Assembly: GCF_009914755.1 (NCBI RefSeq)
Contig: NC_060947.1
Direction: 5' to 3' (one strand)
DNA from: the human T2T-CHM13v2.0 reference genome, Homo sapiens
Length of the DNA stretch: 64,000 nucleotides
The translations under genes and the position numbers were made by a program. Within the stretch, counting starts at the first letter, position 1. Every line of letters begins with the position of its first letter. The notes under the pieces were generated by a model. It was given only the letters and a program-made list of their open reading frames with translations, did no database searches and was not told where the DNA came from. Of the stretch, positions 22,222 to 36,729 are shown piece by piece.

Positions 22222-23431
22222 TGCTGTGGTTTGAATGTTTGTCCCCTCCTAAACCTATTGTTGTGGGAAATTGAGGACTGGAGAGACCAATATGGAGAAC
22301 AGGAGGATTGTTTATTTTAGCTACACACCAGCTTAGTGGATTTGTATTCAAGAAGCTGAGCATTAAATAAAGACAGAGCAGGGTTTTTATAAGCGGATTT
22401 ACAAAAGTAAAATAAAAGTAGCTAATTATATGATAGGTTATATAATTTATAGCATAGCATAACTTGTGGCCTTGCATAGCCAGTGGCCTTGTAGTTGCGT
22501 TGAAAGAAAAATAAGAACTGGCTAAATACAGATATTTGTAAAACATAGGTATGCTTAAGAAGCCAGGGAAAGGAGTAACAGTAAAGGAATTTGTGTTTCT
22601 CTCTTTTTTTTCCTTTAACCTTGTTTTGGAGGGGAGGGGTGTCTGGAGCCCATTCCTTTGGCCTTGGCTCCTTAAACAGCGTTATCTTATAACTGTCTTT
22701 GAAGTTAGCTTGCTAGGCAGAGGAAAACCCCTTTTTTTCTTCTTAACCCTTGCCTTGCCTGTTACTTTTTTTTTTTGGAGTGAATGAATGCATATTTATT
22801 TTTAAATTTCTGCCTCACTATGTTGAAATTTAATCCCCAGTGTGACAGTATTGAGAGGTGTGGCTTTAAGCCTTACACTTTTCAAGTGTAAGGGAAGCAG
22901 ATGAAGTTCCCCAGTCATTGGTTTTTTTTTTTTTCACTTGTTTTAAAACTAACAAAAAGTATTCATTCTACTTTTGAATTGTCCCCAAAATGCCAAGTCT
23001 TCCCCTTCTCAGCCAGGCAGGATTTGGGAGAATGCCTTCTAAAAACACACTGCTCCTTTCTGGTATTGGGCCACTAAATCCCTTACCTTACTTACTCCCT
23101 TACTCATTGGCAAGGCCCTCATGAGTAGATTAGTGCAATCATTGATTAATGGGTTAATGGATTAATGGGTTATCATGGGAGTGATACTGGTGGCTTTATA
23201 GGAAGAAGAAGAGAGACAGAGAGACCGGAGCACACGCAGCCATCTCACCATGTGATGTGTTGTGGCACCTCAGGACTCTTCAGAGAGTCCCCACCATCAA
23301 GAAGGCCCTCACCAGATGCTGCCCCTTTACCTTGGACTTCTCAGCCTCCATAACTGTAAGACCTGTTTTTTTCTTTATAATTACCCAGTTTCAAGTGTTC
23401 GATTATAAGCAATGGAAAATGGACTGACACA
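22222..23431 (+). mobile_element. MST-type MaLR LTR with nested insertions
   Basis: TG...CA ends (tgctgtggtttgaatg...ggactgacaca) with 5-bp TSD GAAGC. Confidence 0.85.
22259..22817 (-). mobile_element. ERV1-type solo LTR nested in the MST
   Basis: TG...CA ends, 4-bp TSD CTAT; the MST sequence resumes exactly after it. Confidence 0.75.
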
Positions 23432-26032
23432 GAAGCATTTCACGATCACGTGGACAAACAAAAATCTTTATTTACAATTTGTCTCAGGACCATGTTAACG
23501 CTTCTGCCCTGTGTTATACCTATCCTGTGGCATAATATAGTTCAAAGAGATGTGGATCATCTAGACAGTGCATAGAATGGCACGTGGATCTGTTACACTG
23601 ACATCATCATTCTGATTGGACAGGACAAGTAAGAGGCAGCCTACACACTGGGAGGCCTTGGTGAGACACGTGCACTCCAGAGGGTGGGCAATAAGCCCTA
23701 TGCGGATTCAGAGATCTGCTACATCAGTGAAATTTTTAGGGGTCCAGTGTTCGGAGGCGTGCCAGGATGTCCCCTCCAAAGGAAAAGACAAATTACTGCC
23801 TCTTGAATCCTCCACCACAAAGAAAGTAGTGCACCTGGTGGACCTCTTTAGGTTTTGGGGAGAAAACATTCCACCCATAAGATAACTTCTATGGTTCACA
23901 CACTGGTTGACACAGAAGGCTGGGAGATTTGAGAGAGGCTGGGAGCAGGAAAGGGATCTGCAGCAGGTCCAGGCTGCAGTGCAACTCTTGAACCGTCACA
24001 TCTGACAGACCCTGCAGTGTCAGAGGTGTCAGTGGTAAGAATGGAGGCAGGGTAGGGTTTAAGGCCAGTCCCCATGGGAGGATCGCCACACAGGCCCCTA
24101 GGGTTCTGGAGCAGGGCCATGCCACCCGCATCAGAGAATCATACACCTTTTTAGAAAACAGCTTCTGGTGTGCTTCTGGGCCCTTGCAGAGACAACGCTT
24201 GACCATGGGACACCAAGTGACTGTGTGTCACTTATAAGCTGGAATTTCTCCTTATAAGCTGGGTCTGTCAGACCACAAAGTGAAAAGTCAGATGACCCTC
24301 CAGCAATCCATTGCACGATGGAAATAGTTCATCTAGTCAGGAACAGAAGTGTGAGTGAGCTATGGAAGTAGCAGCCAAGATACCTGTGTGACCCATCACA
24401 GTTACACCAGTGCCCCTCCCTTAGCTCACACCTATGGCTGTGCGATCTCATGTGGCTAGATGAAGGAGGAGGAAAAGGCCTGAATATTGCTTATGAATGG
24501 TTTGGCTCAGTCTCTGAAATGGACAGCAGCTATATTCCAGCCACACCCACCTAGGGACGTCCCTGAAAGACAGTGGGGAGGGAAGATCTTCCTGATGGGT
24601 GGAGCTTTAAGGTGTGCACCTTATCATCCACTTTGTGTGGAAGAAGTGGCCCAGGGTGGGAATATGCACAGATTTCTGAGCAGTGGCCAATGGACTAGCC
24701 AAAGGTCTAAAAAGGAAAGGACTGGAAAACTGGAGACAAGGAGGTCTGGGGTAGAGGCATATGGATAAACATGGGAGTGAGCATGAAGGAAAAGCTTACG
24801 TCACATACAAGTGCCCACCAGAAAGCATCAACAGTAGAAGAGGAGCTGAACTGTCAAGTGCACAAAATGACTCAGCAAGTTGGATATTAGCCACCCTTCA
24901 CCATCAGCCAGTCCAGAACTGACACAATGGGCACATAAACAGATGGGCCACAGTGTGAGAGATGGAGACTGCTCACGGGCCCAGAAGCATAGAATCCTAC
25001 TTAACAAGGCCTTTATTGCTGCTACTAGCTCTGAAGGTCCAGTCTTCCAGTGAAAGAGACCAATGCTGAGACCCCAATATGGCACCATTTCTCCATGTTG
25101 GGTCCATTATCTCTTAGAAGAGACATCCATTCTTTCTTACAAGGACAGAAACCTATTCTGAGTATGGGTTTTCCTTTCCTCCTGGCAGAACTTCAGCTAA
25201 CATCACTATCCAGGGGCTTTCAGAGTGCATGACCTGCAGACCTGGAATCCCACACAAGAAGGTATCCTACCAAGGGACACACTTCAGAGTGAAGGAGGTA
25301 TGTGCATGAGCCCATGAGCATGGGATAGTCTGGTGTCACACTGTGCCACCCAGAAGCTACTAGCTTGATAGAGTGTTGGAATGGCCTTCTGGAGGTGTAG
25401 CTGGAGCACAGGCTTAGAGGCAATACCCTACAAGGATGAGGCGCCATCCTCCAGGATGCAGTATATGCACTGTGTCAGAGATGTCCATGTGGCACTGTGT
25501 CCCCAGTAGGAAGAATACATGGGTCTGGAAGCCATAGGGTGGAGGCCAAAGTGGCCTCACTTTCCATCTTTCCCAGTGACCTACTCAGGGGCCAACATTG
25601 TGCTTCCCATCTCCTTAAATCTAGGCTCTGCAGGGTAGAGGTTCTGGTTCTTTGCACTCTTATCAGGACATACAGCCTGGGTTCCAGTTGTACTTATAGC
25701 CACCACTGCTGCCTGGCATTTTGGGGTTCCTTGATTCCAGACACCAGCAAGCAGGAAGAATCATCATGGTGGTGGGAGTAATAGAGAATTATCAAGGAAG
25801 AGGTAAGACTGCTGTTATATAATAGAGGCAGAGAGGAATATGCTCGGGACTCAGATGATCTTTTCTAGTGACTTTTGGTACTCTTTTGCCTCATTGGCTG
25901 TAAGTGATCAAGTACAGTGTGAGTGGCCTAAGAAGGGTATGGATACGAGGGACTCAGACCACTCAGGGATGAAGGAAGCTGCCAAAACTGCAGAGGTTAT
26001 AGTTGAGGGTGAGGGAAATCTAGAATGGATAG

Positions 26033-26442
<410 letters not shown>

Positions 26443-26549
26443 GCCAACTTCTAAGTTTACCTTCAGAAAGAGTGGCCCACAGGAGCCAAGGAGGAACTGC
26501 TTCCCGAGCAGCTATGGAGTAGTGGATCTGTGTGGCACAAAGGATGGCC

Positions 26550-27002
26550 TGTGGCAGCTATGGAAGTGCACTGCTTGGATGTCACTTTAAGAGAGGGCCT
26601 GTTATGAGGAGTGCAATTAGTTGACGGCATTCAGGTGGAATGTCTTCAGGGTCCAAGGCAGCATTTGAGGTGAGACCATGCTAGTTCCAGGCAGCTCCCT
26701 ATCAGAGGCTTAGCACAGCAGGGTACTAGGGTCATTTTTGCTCAGTGTGGGACTCCTCTATGGGCCATCTTTGCATCAGAGCTCCCCGTTGGGCTGGCCA
26801 AGACTTTTTGAAAGCTGCACCACTGTCTGAGACTCTTCCTTCCAATCCTTCCTTCTCCCTCTCTTTCCACTTGTGTTAGACCCGCCCTGTGGTCTGAAGG
26901 TTCTTCCTGCCTCTTTCTGTGTCCTCTCCCCTTTATCTTCTGTGATAATTTTTTTGCACTTCTAACTCCATCTTGACTTCCTGGAGGACCTGAACTGATG
27001 CA
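26550..27002 (+). mobile_element. LTR16-like 3' LTR of the ERVL element
   Basis: tgtggcagctatgg... start and ...cctggaggacctgaactgatgca end. Confidence 0.7.
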
Positions 27003-27528
27003 TTTGATTTGGTTTTAGAGACAGCGCCTCCTTATCCTCCCTCCTGGGGAGGGTAGGAGAAAAGCCAAAGCACTCTTTGCTCCTAAAAATTTCCTTTAAA
27101 AATAACCTCTGACATGTTTAATCTCTTCAATAGCCTCGATGGAATGGTGTTTGCTGAATGGGCTTTGCCATCATTTAGTAAACTCAGGGAGTTTGTTGAA
27201 GGAATTTGAGGGCTGATCAAGGAAAAAGATATGACTGCAAGGGGCAGTAACACAACAAGCTTTATTCGGTGGCACTTGGACAGGGTTGCATAAGAGGGAA
27301 AGTCCTCACAGCACAAGACTATCCAGAGGTTTATGGATGGGCTAAGAGGCCACCACCTGGAAGGGAAGGAAGGCAAAGGGACTCACAGGGCAGAGGAGGA
27401 ACAAAGAGGGAGCTTATGTGTCTGGGTGAGGTCAATCGGTACCACGTTGGAGAGTCTCTGCATATGCAAAGCAAGCAGGCTTTAAATGGCTAAAAAACTG
27501 CTTATTTGGGATGTTTTAAAAATAATCA

Positions 27529-27831
<303 letters not shown>

Positions 27832-29967
27832 GACGTGTAAATATATGAGTTGGGCACCAGTGAGCTTTTCAGCTAACAGGTCTCAGCCTTCAGTGAAGAA
27901 ATAAAAAACATAGGGGCCAATACACAGAGGCCATCTTTGGTTCATTTATATAACAAACAATGTGTGATGTTTCCATTGAGAATGTAGATCGTACAGGGAC
28001 TTAGCACCTCTTGTCCTCAGATTTGGGCTAAAGTTCTGTGAAAATAGGCAACATTTCATTTGCCATCCTGTTATACATTCAATACTCAGCAACTATGCCC
28101 TGCTGTGCCTTGTGGCAGATGCTAGGGACACAATGGTCCAGGGTTCCTGCTGTCACAGAGCTTTGATGTGTTGAAAGAATTGCACAAATGCATATGTGAT
28201 CACTGGGTTAAGTGCTAAGGAAGGCAAGTAGTACAAGAGTGCTATAAGAATGTCTTAAAGAGTGACCTCAGAAGAGGGTGCGGGTGCCAGAGGAAGTATC
28301 CTTGATGAAGGGACATGAATGCTGGGACATGGAGGATAAGTAGGATTTAGCCAGGCAAAGAGTAGAGGTGGGGGTGGAACCATGCTCAGGCAACAGAGAC
28401 AGAATATGCAGCAGGCCTTGAAGCTTCCTCTACCTAAGCTACCTGCCCCCAGTCAGTCACACCCCAGGCTTTGTCATCTCCTAAAATTGTCCCATCTTGA
28501 GAATCAATGACTCAAGTATGTCACTTTCTGACACAGACTCCCTACTGTGATCCTTTTTCAACCTCTTTGGGGCCTTCAGATGTTGACTCCTCTGTTTCTT
28601 CCAACCTATCAGCCCTCTTCTTTCCCTCCTAGTTTCTTTTTGTTTGAAGAGCTTTACTCAGACACAATTCACACACATATATTTAAAGTGTAACATTTGA
28701 TAAATGTTGGTATAGGCATACACCTGTGAACCCATCACCACAGTCAAGATTAGCGAGTGTATTCATCATTCCCAGAAAGTTCCTAATTCCCCTTTGTAAC
28801 CTCTGCTTCCCTGTATCCTACAACCTTGCTAAACTCTAAACTCCCTTATTAGTTCTAATAGATCTTTTGGGTAGATTCTATCAGATTTCCTACACAGAAA
28901 ATGTTACCTGCAAATAAAGACAGTTGTACTTCTTCCTTTCTGATATGAATGCTTTTATTTATTTTGCTTGTCCTATTTTCAAAAGGCTTTCTTCTTGGCT
29001 CCTTAGCTTCTTACTACATACAGCTTCATAATTCAATATTGGTCTTGTGTGGCAAGCCAACAGTGTGACAGACACAGTCTTCCATCTCTCACTTCTCATT
29101 GGAATCTTGGCTCCTTAGGCCACGAAGTTTGTCTCTCCAGCCCTGTGAGACTGTGGAAATCTCTGCTGGGTGTTTGACCCCCAGCCGTGGCCATCTAGGT
29201 AAAGCCTCAATTCTCAGCCTCCTTCCCTGCACCTGGAAGTGTCTGTAGCGCCACCTCACCCTCTCATGGTTCTCTTCTTTCCTGCATGTTGGCCCCTCAA
29301 GTATTCATCATTTTAATAGGTCTCCAGTGCCTTTAAACTGATCCTTTTGTCATGTTTCATCGGGCTTTTCTTGTTGTTCTCTATAGGAGAGTTTGTCTGC
29401 CAAAAGCTACTCTTTCATACCCCTAAGCAGAAGTCAAATCAATAAAATTGTTACTCCTTAAATGTTCTCAAACACTTCCACTTCTCTTTATCTCTTCCAC
29501 CACCATCCTAGTCCAAATCACTCCTCTGTGTTAGTGCAACGACCTCCTTCATTGCTCTCCTTGCATCCACTCTTGCCTCCCACTTAGGCATTCCCCATAT
29601 AGCAGTAAGAATTCTTTTTTAAAAAACAGATAAGATTATATCACTTCACTGCTCAAAACCCTTAAATTGTTTTCGATAGTTTTCTTAGCATAAAATGAAA
29701 AATAAATATTATTAATAACAGTAAATGGTACTTGCTGAACTGTGGTCATGCTCAATGTGCATCAGTAATGCAAATGGTCTTTCCTGTGACTCCTCTCGTT
29801 AATACAGAGAAGTAAGCAGACATTCATCAAGTTCAACTTAATCGGTCAAGAACACAGATAGGGTCACTAAAGGCAGCATTTCAAGCCAGGTCTCTTCAGC
29901 TCAAGAGCATGTCTTTGAAGCAGAGTCCTGAATGGAAAAATGACTCCTTTTCTATGTTCTCATCTTG

Positions 29968-30421
29968 GTATCAGTTAGGGCTGTCCAGAGAAACATAATC
30001 AATAGGAGAGATAGATGTATCTCCTGTTGAGGCAGAGAGAGACAGAGAGAGAGAGAGAGAGACATTAAGGAACTGGCTCACATGATTGTGAGTTGGGGGC
30101 TGGCAAGTCTGAAATCTGTAGAGTAGGGCAGCAGGCTGGAGACCCAGGGAAGAGTTAATGTTGCAGCTTGAGTCCAAAGGCTGTCTGAACACAGAATTCC
30201 TTTCTATTCAAGGGACCTCGGTCTTTTCTCTTAAGGCCTTCAACTGACTGGATGAGACCCATCCACATTGTGGAAGAGGGCAATCTGCTTTACCCAAAGT
30301 CTGTTGATTTAAATGTTAATAATATCTTTAAAAAATAGCATCACAGCTGCATCTAGATAGTTTGACCAAGCAACTGGGAACTATAGCCTAGCCATGTTGA
30401 CACGTAAAACCAGCCATCATA
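29968..30421 (-). mobile_element. MLT2-type ERVL LTR
   Basis: ttagggctgtccagagaaaca...aaggaactggctcacatgattgtg...gttgacacgtaaaaccagccatca. Confidence 0.75.
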
Positions 30422-30820
30422 CTTCCTGACTACATTTTCATTGTAAAGAATTCAAACAACAGGGAGATATATAGAAGAAATACTGAAAGTCACATTTCCA
30501 CTCCATCCCTTTCCTTCCCCAGAGATGAACACTGTGAGTTCCTCAGTCAGCATCCTTCCAGAACTCTGCCTATTCCTTTAACACTCATACATGTAAATAT
30601 ATGCATATATAATTTGGTTTTATTTTACTTAAGTGAGATTATCCTGTAAGTGCTGTCTGGTGTCTTGTTTTTTTGTCTTAAATGGTAACTCATAGAAATC
30701 ATTCTGTGTTAGTGCATACGTATTTATCTTGTGTTTTCAGTTGGACAAACAAAACATTCATTCAATGTTTACAAAATTAAATCAAGTAAAAATAAAAAGT
30801 TCTCTTTGATCACTTCCTAA

Positions 30821-31155
<335 letters not shown>

Positions 31156-31724
31156 GTGAATACTTTGATAAGTTTGGTGTACATCTATCTAATTAGACAC
31201 AATATTACATAAAGAGGTGAAGATGGCAGGGTGGTCTCTGTATTTCCTTCAGGTTCTCTTTTCCTCTCTGTTCTCACCCCTGTATAACTTGTATCAAGAA
31301 TTTCATGCTATAACAGTGAACTTATATCATGTGACATGAACTATATTAATAAGAGAGAAGATTGTTTGTCTTTCAAGTGTGCCACTATGAGGCATGTGAA
31401 AAATCTGAGCCTATTCCTATGGAGGGCTGTTAGCAACAGACAGCTGTAAAATCCAACCTTTTCATCCAGGCTGGAGCCAGGAACTATTAGTTCTTAGGTT
31501 GGAGAGACATATAAGGGTCAAAAAGAATTTTTCAACCAGAAAGCCAAGACTGTGTTTTATTGTGAGAGTTTCTTAGATAAGTATCTGCAGGAACTTTCCA
31601 AAGGAAGCGATCAGGGGAAGGGAGGCTGTGGAGAGGACTCTGTAAGCTGGTAGGATCCACTGCTACCCTACGGGTGGGGGTGGGCATCGTGGGTTGGACC
31701 AGAGCCAGGGCACAAATTGGGACC

Positions 31725-32206
31725 TGTGGTAGGTTGAATAATGGCCCCCAAGGATAGCAGGTCCAAATTCCTGGAATCTGTATATATTACCTTATTTGGG
31801 AAAAAGGTCTTTACAATGTGATTAAGCTAAAGATCTTGAGGTGGGGAGATTATCCTGGATTATCTTGGTGGGCTCTAAATCCGATCACACTTGTCCTTAT
31901 AAGGAGGTAAAGGCAGATTGTCTGCACACACACCCACATACAGGAGGAGGTGATATGATGAGGGAAGAGAGAGAGGTTTGAAAATGCTGTCCTTAAGACC
32001 AAGGAATCCAGGCAGCCACCAGATATTGAAAGAGCTAGGAATGGATCCTCCCCTGGAGCCTCCAGAGAAAGTGGGGCCCTGCTGACATCTTGTTTCAGCC
32101 CAGTGATACTGATCTTAGACTTCCAACCTCCAGAACTGTGAGAGAATAAAATTCTGTTGTTTTAAGCCAATAATTTAACAAATTATTACACACAGGAAAC
32201 TCATAC
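31725..32206 (+). mobile_element. MLT1-type MaLR LTR
   Basis: tgtggtaggttgaataatggcccc...cctccagaactgtgagagaataaa...ggaaactcataca. Confidence 0.8.
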
Positions 32207-32882
32207 AGGACCTAATCGAACTCTTCAGGTGTTAACCACATACACATAGTTCCCCCAGCTCCTTCCTCCCAGAGCCTGTGGATGGAAGCATGGAGATTTT
32301 GACGTTGGGGAGTCTTCCTGTTACTGAGGAATGGAAAGAGAACATGAGGAGGAAGCTGAGTGTCTGGATCAATGTTTACTCCCCCGTGAGTGGTTTGTGA
32401 GCTAGGCAAAAGGGGGGCAACAGAGAATACAGTTTACATGGCCCTCACGTTTTAGGGAGCACTCTAGGGGAATGCTCAGCCAGAGGTCCATGATCCCAGG
32501 AACAATATTAAGAAACTCTTAATTAATGGCGCTCTAACTGAATCTTAGAGTTGGAGTGCATCCGCCTTCACAGTAGTGCAAGAGAAATTCAGGGGAGGTG
32601 GGGTGGCTGGGTATGGCAAGATGCTGGATAAATGGAGGCAGAGACTGGCTAGGGACCAAGACATCCTAGATCACCCTGGAGGCTGCCTGGGGCTATATGT
32701 ATGGCTCAGGGGAAGGGGAGAAGGCAGGCAGAGAAGTATCAGTTGCTATTTGTACTTTGTTTAATTTTTGTTTATCATTAATCTCATAAATTTGAAAGCA
32801 GCCAATTAATAACAATAATAATAGAAGACAAATGGCCAAGATTCATCTGAATGCATATTCTATGCATTTAACAAAGTAATTT

Positions 32883-33440
32883 TGAGGTAGGAGATCAGCA
32901 GGACTTGTTTTCTGAGCACTGGTCATGACCCCACTGATAAAAACAAGATCTGGTCAAAATATGTTATAGTAAAGAAACCAGTCATAACAGCTAAAACCAA
33001 GATGGGGATGAAAGGGACCTCTGGTTGCCCCCACTGCTCATTACAGGCTAATTGTCATACATTTGCATGCTAAAAGACACTCCCACCAGTGCCATGGCAG
33101 TTTACAAATGCCATGACAGTGCCTGGAAGTTACCTTATATGGTTTAAAAGGGGAGGAACTCTTGATTCCACCCCTTTTCTAGAAAATCCATGAATCACTT
33201 ATGCCTTATTTAGAATATAATTAAGGAGTAGCTATAAATATAGCTAGCCAGCAATCCACGAGGGCTACTGTGCTTATGGGGCAGCCCTGCTCTATGGAGC
33301 AACCATTTTCCTGTACTCTGTTGCTCTGATAAACTTATTTTGCTTTCACTTTACTCTGTCGGCTTTCTTTTGAATTTGTTCATGCATGAAGACAAGAACC
33401 CTCCTAGGCTGAGCCCCAGTTTGGAGATTTGCCCACATCA
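32883..33440 (+). mobile_element. ERV1 solo LTR (MER50-like, tentative)
   Basis: TG...CA ends, TATA (gctataaata), poly(A)-like gataaa. Confidence 0.6.
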
Positions 33441-35056
33441 ACTTCCCACAGACCTTCAAATATTGGCCTTATCAGCCAAACATTTCCAAACATTTAATGA
33501 AAATTACCTGCCTATCATATGAGACACTCTTTAGTGTTTCAAACACCTTCAAAAGCAGACCAAGGTGGCATCTCAGGTGCGGTGGTGATCTCACAGGTGG
33601 CAGCAGAGGGGAGGTTTAACCTGTCAGAGCTCACAATGGCCTGGGCCTAGACCCCAAGGCATGTGCCCATGCTAGGATTTCCCACCAGCAGTGGATGGTC
33701 CTCAAGATAGCTGAGCACCTAGACTTGCAGTTGGTGGTGAAGGGGGGGTATGGGGAGGAGGGTTCAGAGGTGTTGGGCATGCTGCTGTTCCTTTTGCAGC
33801 CCCCAAGCCTGGATGGTTCAGGAACTGCTCTCCCCAGAGAATGCTAAGAAACAGATAGGGCTCCCCAGATTTATGCCAGGAGTATGTGTGCATGGTACAT
33901 ATACAGTCCGACTATGGTCAGATCACAGCCCATCCTGATGTCCTAATCAGAGTTTAAGGGGGTTCAGCCAAGTTACAACGTTCTGCAATAAGTTTTTACC
34001 TGCTGGAGAACACAGAAGGAAGACAAAGAAGTAGAAACGAGCATGTGTGGTCCACTAAAGCAGTGTGTGGCTGGGAATGTGTGGAGGAAGGGTGCTGTCC
34101 CCGGGACCCCCTCATGGGAAGGGGAAAAGGGTCTGTCCCCGGGGCCCCCTCATGGGAAGGGGAAAAAGTGGCTTCCTTTTTCCTCTGTAATCTCTTTTGG
34201 GAAATTCTGTTAGTGCTCTTTTCCTTATGTTCGTTTCCACTTCTTTGTCTTTTTGCATTTTCTGGGAGAGTTCCTTGATCTTTAACTTTCAGATCTGTGA
34301 TTTAGTCAACTGTCATCAGCTCTACTATTGAACTTTTTCTTATTTTGGGCAATGCAGTTTAAGAATTTCAAGAATTCCCATTACTTAATTTTGAAACCAG
34401 CTTCTAGTATTTTACAGGTTTACATAAGTAGATCTAACCCTAGTTTGTTGTTAGGTTTTAACAAAGATACTGCTCCCAAAAGGCTCTCTGATCTGAGCAT
34501 TGGCTTGCTGTCTACCTAGAAGAGACTCCGTGATTTGACATTGGATCCCATGCAGATATAAGGCACTGAAGCTGCCGCTGCAGAGGATTGGCAGCTAATG
34601 GTGCTGTTGCATTTAATATTTCAGCTCTTTAACTATTCCACCCAGGGACCAGAAGCTCTCTGCCTGGTTCCCTAGTGGCTTCACGGACACAAGTATATGT
34701 GGCCATAGAATCCTGGCACATAAATTGCAAAATTACTATAAAAAATGCTGAAAGTATAGTCTTTTGGAGGTCAACTAGATTCCTCACATTTCCAAACCCT
34801 GCATTTCAGGAAATATTGTAGTTTTGGCAAAGGCCACCCATACCCACACCCTGGTGAATTCCTGAACCACCATTCAGTCACCCAGGAAAATGCCCCTTAT
34901 GCTTCCAATCATCCCTTAGCTCCACCCTCATGTCACTGGGACTGAGGTTTTAGATATAATTATTGTAAATTATTAGGGGAAGGATGCTTTAGATTCCTGT
35001 TACGGACTATTGGTTACAAAAGATATTTTCATTTTCTTTAAGGGATATTGATTTAA

Positions 35057-35186
35057 CCCATTTATGCCTGAGGTTGCAATTTTTTGAATTTTTGCAATCA
35101 GACCTTGGTGATGACCTTGAGCAGTAGGATATAAATAACTCCCACATGCTTAGCATTCCAATAATGGAACACTAGGCATAAATTGG
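35057..35186. mobile_element. MER85, non-autonomous piggyBac (PGBD3-related) element
   Basis: TTAA followed by TIR CCCATTTATGCCT ... AGGCATAAATTGG, internal palindrome (a)TTCCAATAATGGAAC, ~130 bp. Confidence 0.9.
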
Positions 35187-35388
35187 TAATTTTAAGCTAG
35201 CACTGAAGTATGGAGTTTAGATTTTGTGAATCATTCCTTTATAGGAGCAAGGAAACCTTGTATACTGAAAATTGTGCTGGGGCAATCAAGAGGTTGTATG
35301 CTGGGATGACCAATCTCCCTGGGTGTGTTTCTTTCTCCAGCCCCCTTAGTTGCTAAGAACCACTGTTGATATTAGACGTGAAAGACAG

Positions 35389-35685
35389 GGTCAGGCATGG
35401 TGGCTCATGCCTGTAATCCCAGCACTTTGGGAGGCCAAGGCAGTTAGATTGCTTGAGCCCAGGAATTTGAGACGAGCCTGGGCAACATGGTGAAACCCCA
35501 TCTCTATAAAAAATACAAAAAAATTAGCCGGCCATGGTGGCACACACCTGTAGTCCTAGCTACTCAGGAGGCTGAGGTGGGAGGATTGCCTGAGCTCAGG
35601 AGGACAAGGCTACAGTGAGCCATGATCACACCACTGTACTCCAGCCTGGGCAACACAGCAAAACCATGTCTCAGAAAAAAAAAAA
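35389..35685 (+). mobile_element. Alu (AluJ/S-like)
   Basis: Full dimer with poly(A). Confidence 0.9.
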
Positions 35686-36729
35686 GTGAAAGACAGGAAG
35701 GTTTAGAATGGAGATGCTAAGCTCCCAAAGGACATTTGGTGAGAAAACTATACTGGTCCATGAATTTGCACTCTTTGACACCTGACATCTATAAAGTGTG
35801 AAATGGAAGGCCTTCCTTAGTGACTGATAGGAAACCTGGTATTTCTGAAATTTCCAAGAGTACTACACCAGAGAACCAAAAACAAAAAGTCAGGTACCAG
35901 CTACTAACACATCGCCACCACCCTGCCCACCCTGCCCACATGCACACATACATAAGATCATTGCATAAGGCTGGGACTCATGACAATACTGTGTAGGCAT
36001 GGACAGAACCTCATGTCTCCATGAGTTGACTGGGGTTTCCAATATAGCGATTACCTATATAAACTGATGGCCAATATGAAGATAACCCAGCTGGTCATAA
36101 TCCAGGCCTAACGTTATTGATTTCAAAGGGGAAGTATCTGACATTTTGCCTCCACAGACCAATCCTCTTTGCCATCCTAAAGGCAAGCTAGACAACACTC
36201 TGAAGCCTACACCATGTCTGTATCTCCTGTGTCTTCCCCGGAAGTGTCAAATTCAACCTCATTCATGGAGACCCTCCTGTTATCATGTAGTCTACAGTGG
36301 CATTATGGTGACCCCGACTGGCCAAGTCAAGTAAATGTGTCAGCCAGAAATGAGGAAAAGCTCACCTTCCCCCAGGACAAACACCAAGGGGGCTCCAATG
36401 TCAAAAAGCTTACCGTATAAAAAGGTAACCCTACAAATTGAAATGCAATGGAACGTGAATATTATACAACATTTCTAGTTTGTGATTTTCAAGAGGGCCC
36501 AAATATCTAATAAATAAAGCCATGTCCTCTTCTGCCATGTTTCTCTTCCATGAAACTATTGCCCACTTTCTTCCTACTTAGAAGCAAGCAAGTTCCATTG
36601 CTCACTCTTATCTTCCACTTATTTCTCCTTGTGACTGTTTATAATTTTCAATAGTACCTCCATTCAAAGCACCATTCTATTACAGGCTCCAGTTACCAGC
36701 ACTGGAATATTACAGGTTATGTGCTCCTC

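Noticed and set aside
34096-34167. ~38-bp local tandem duplication
   Set aside because: Two copies only, with no sign of function.
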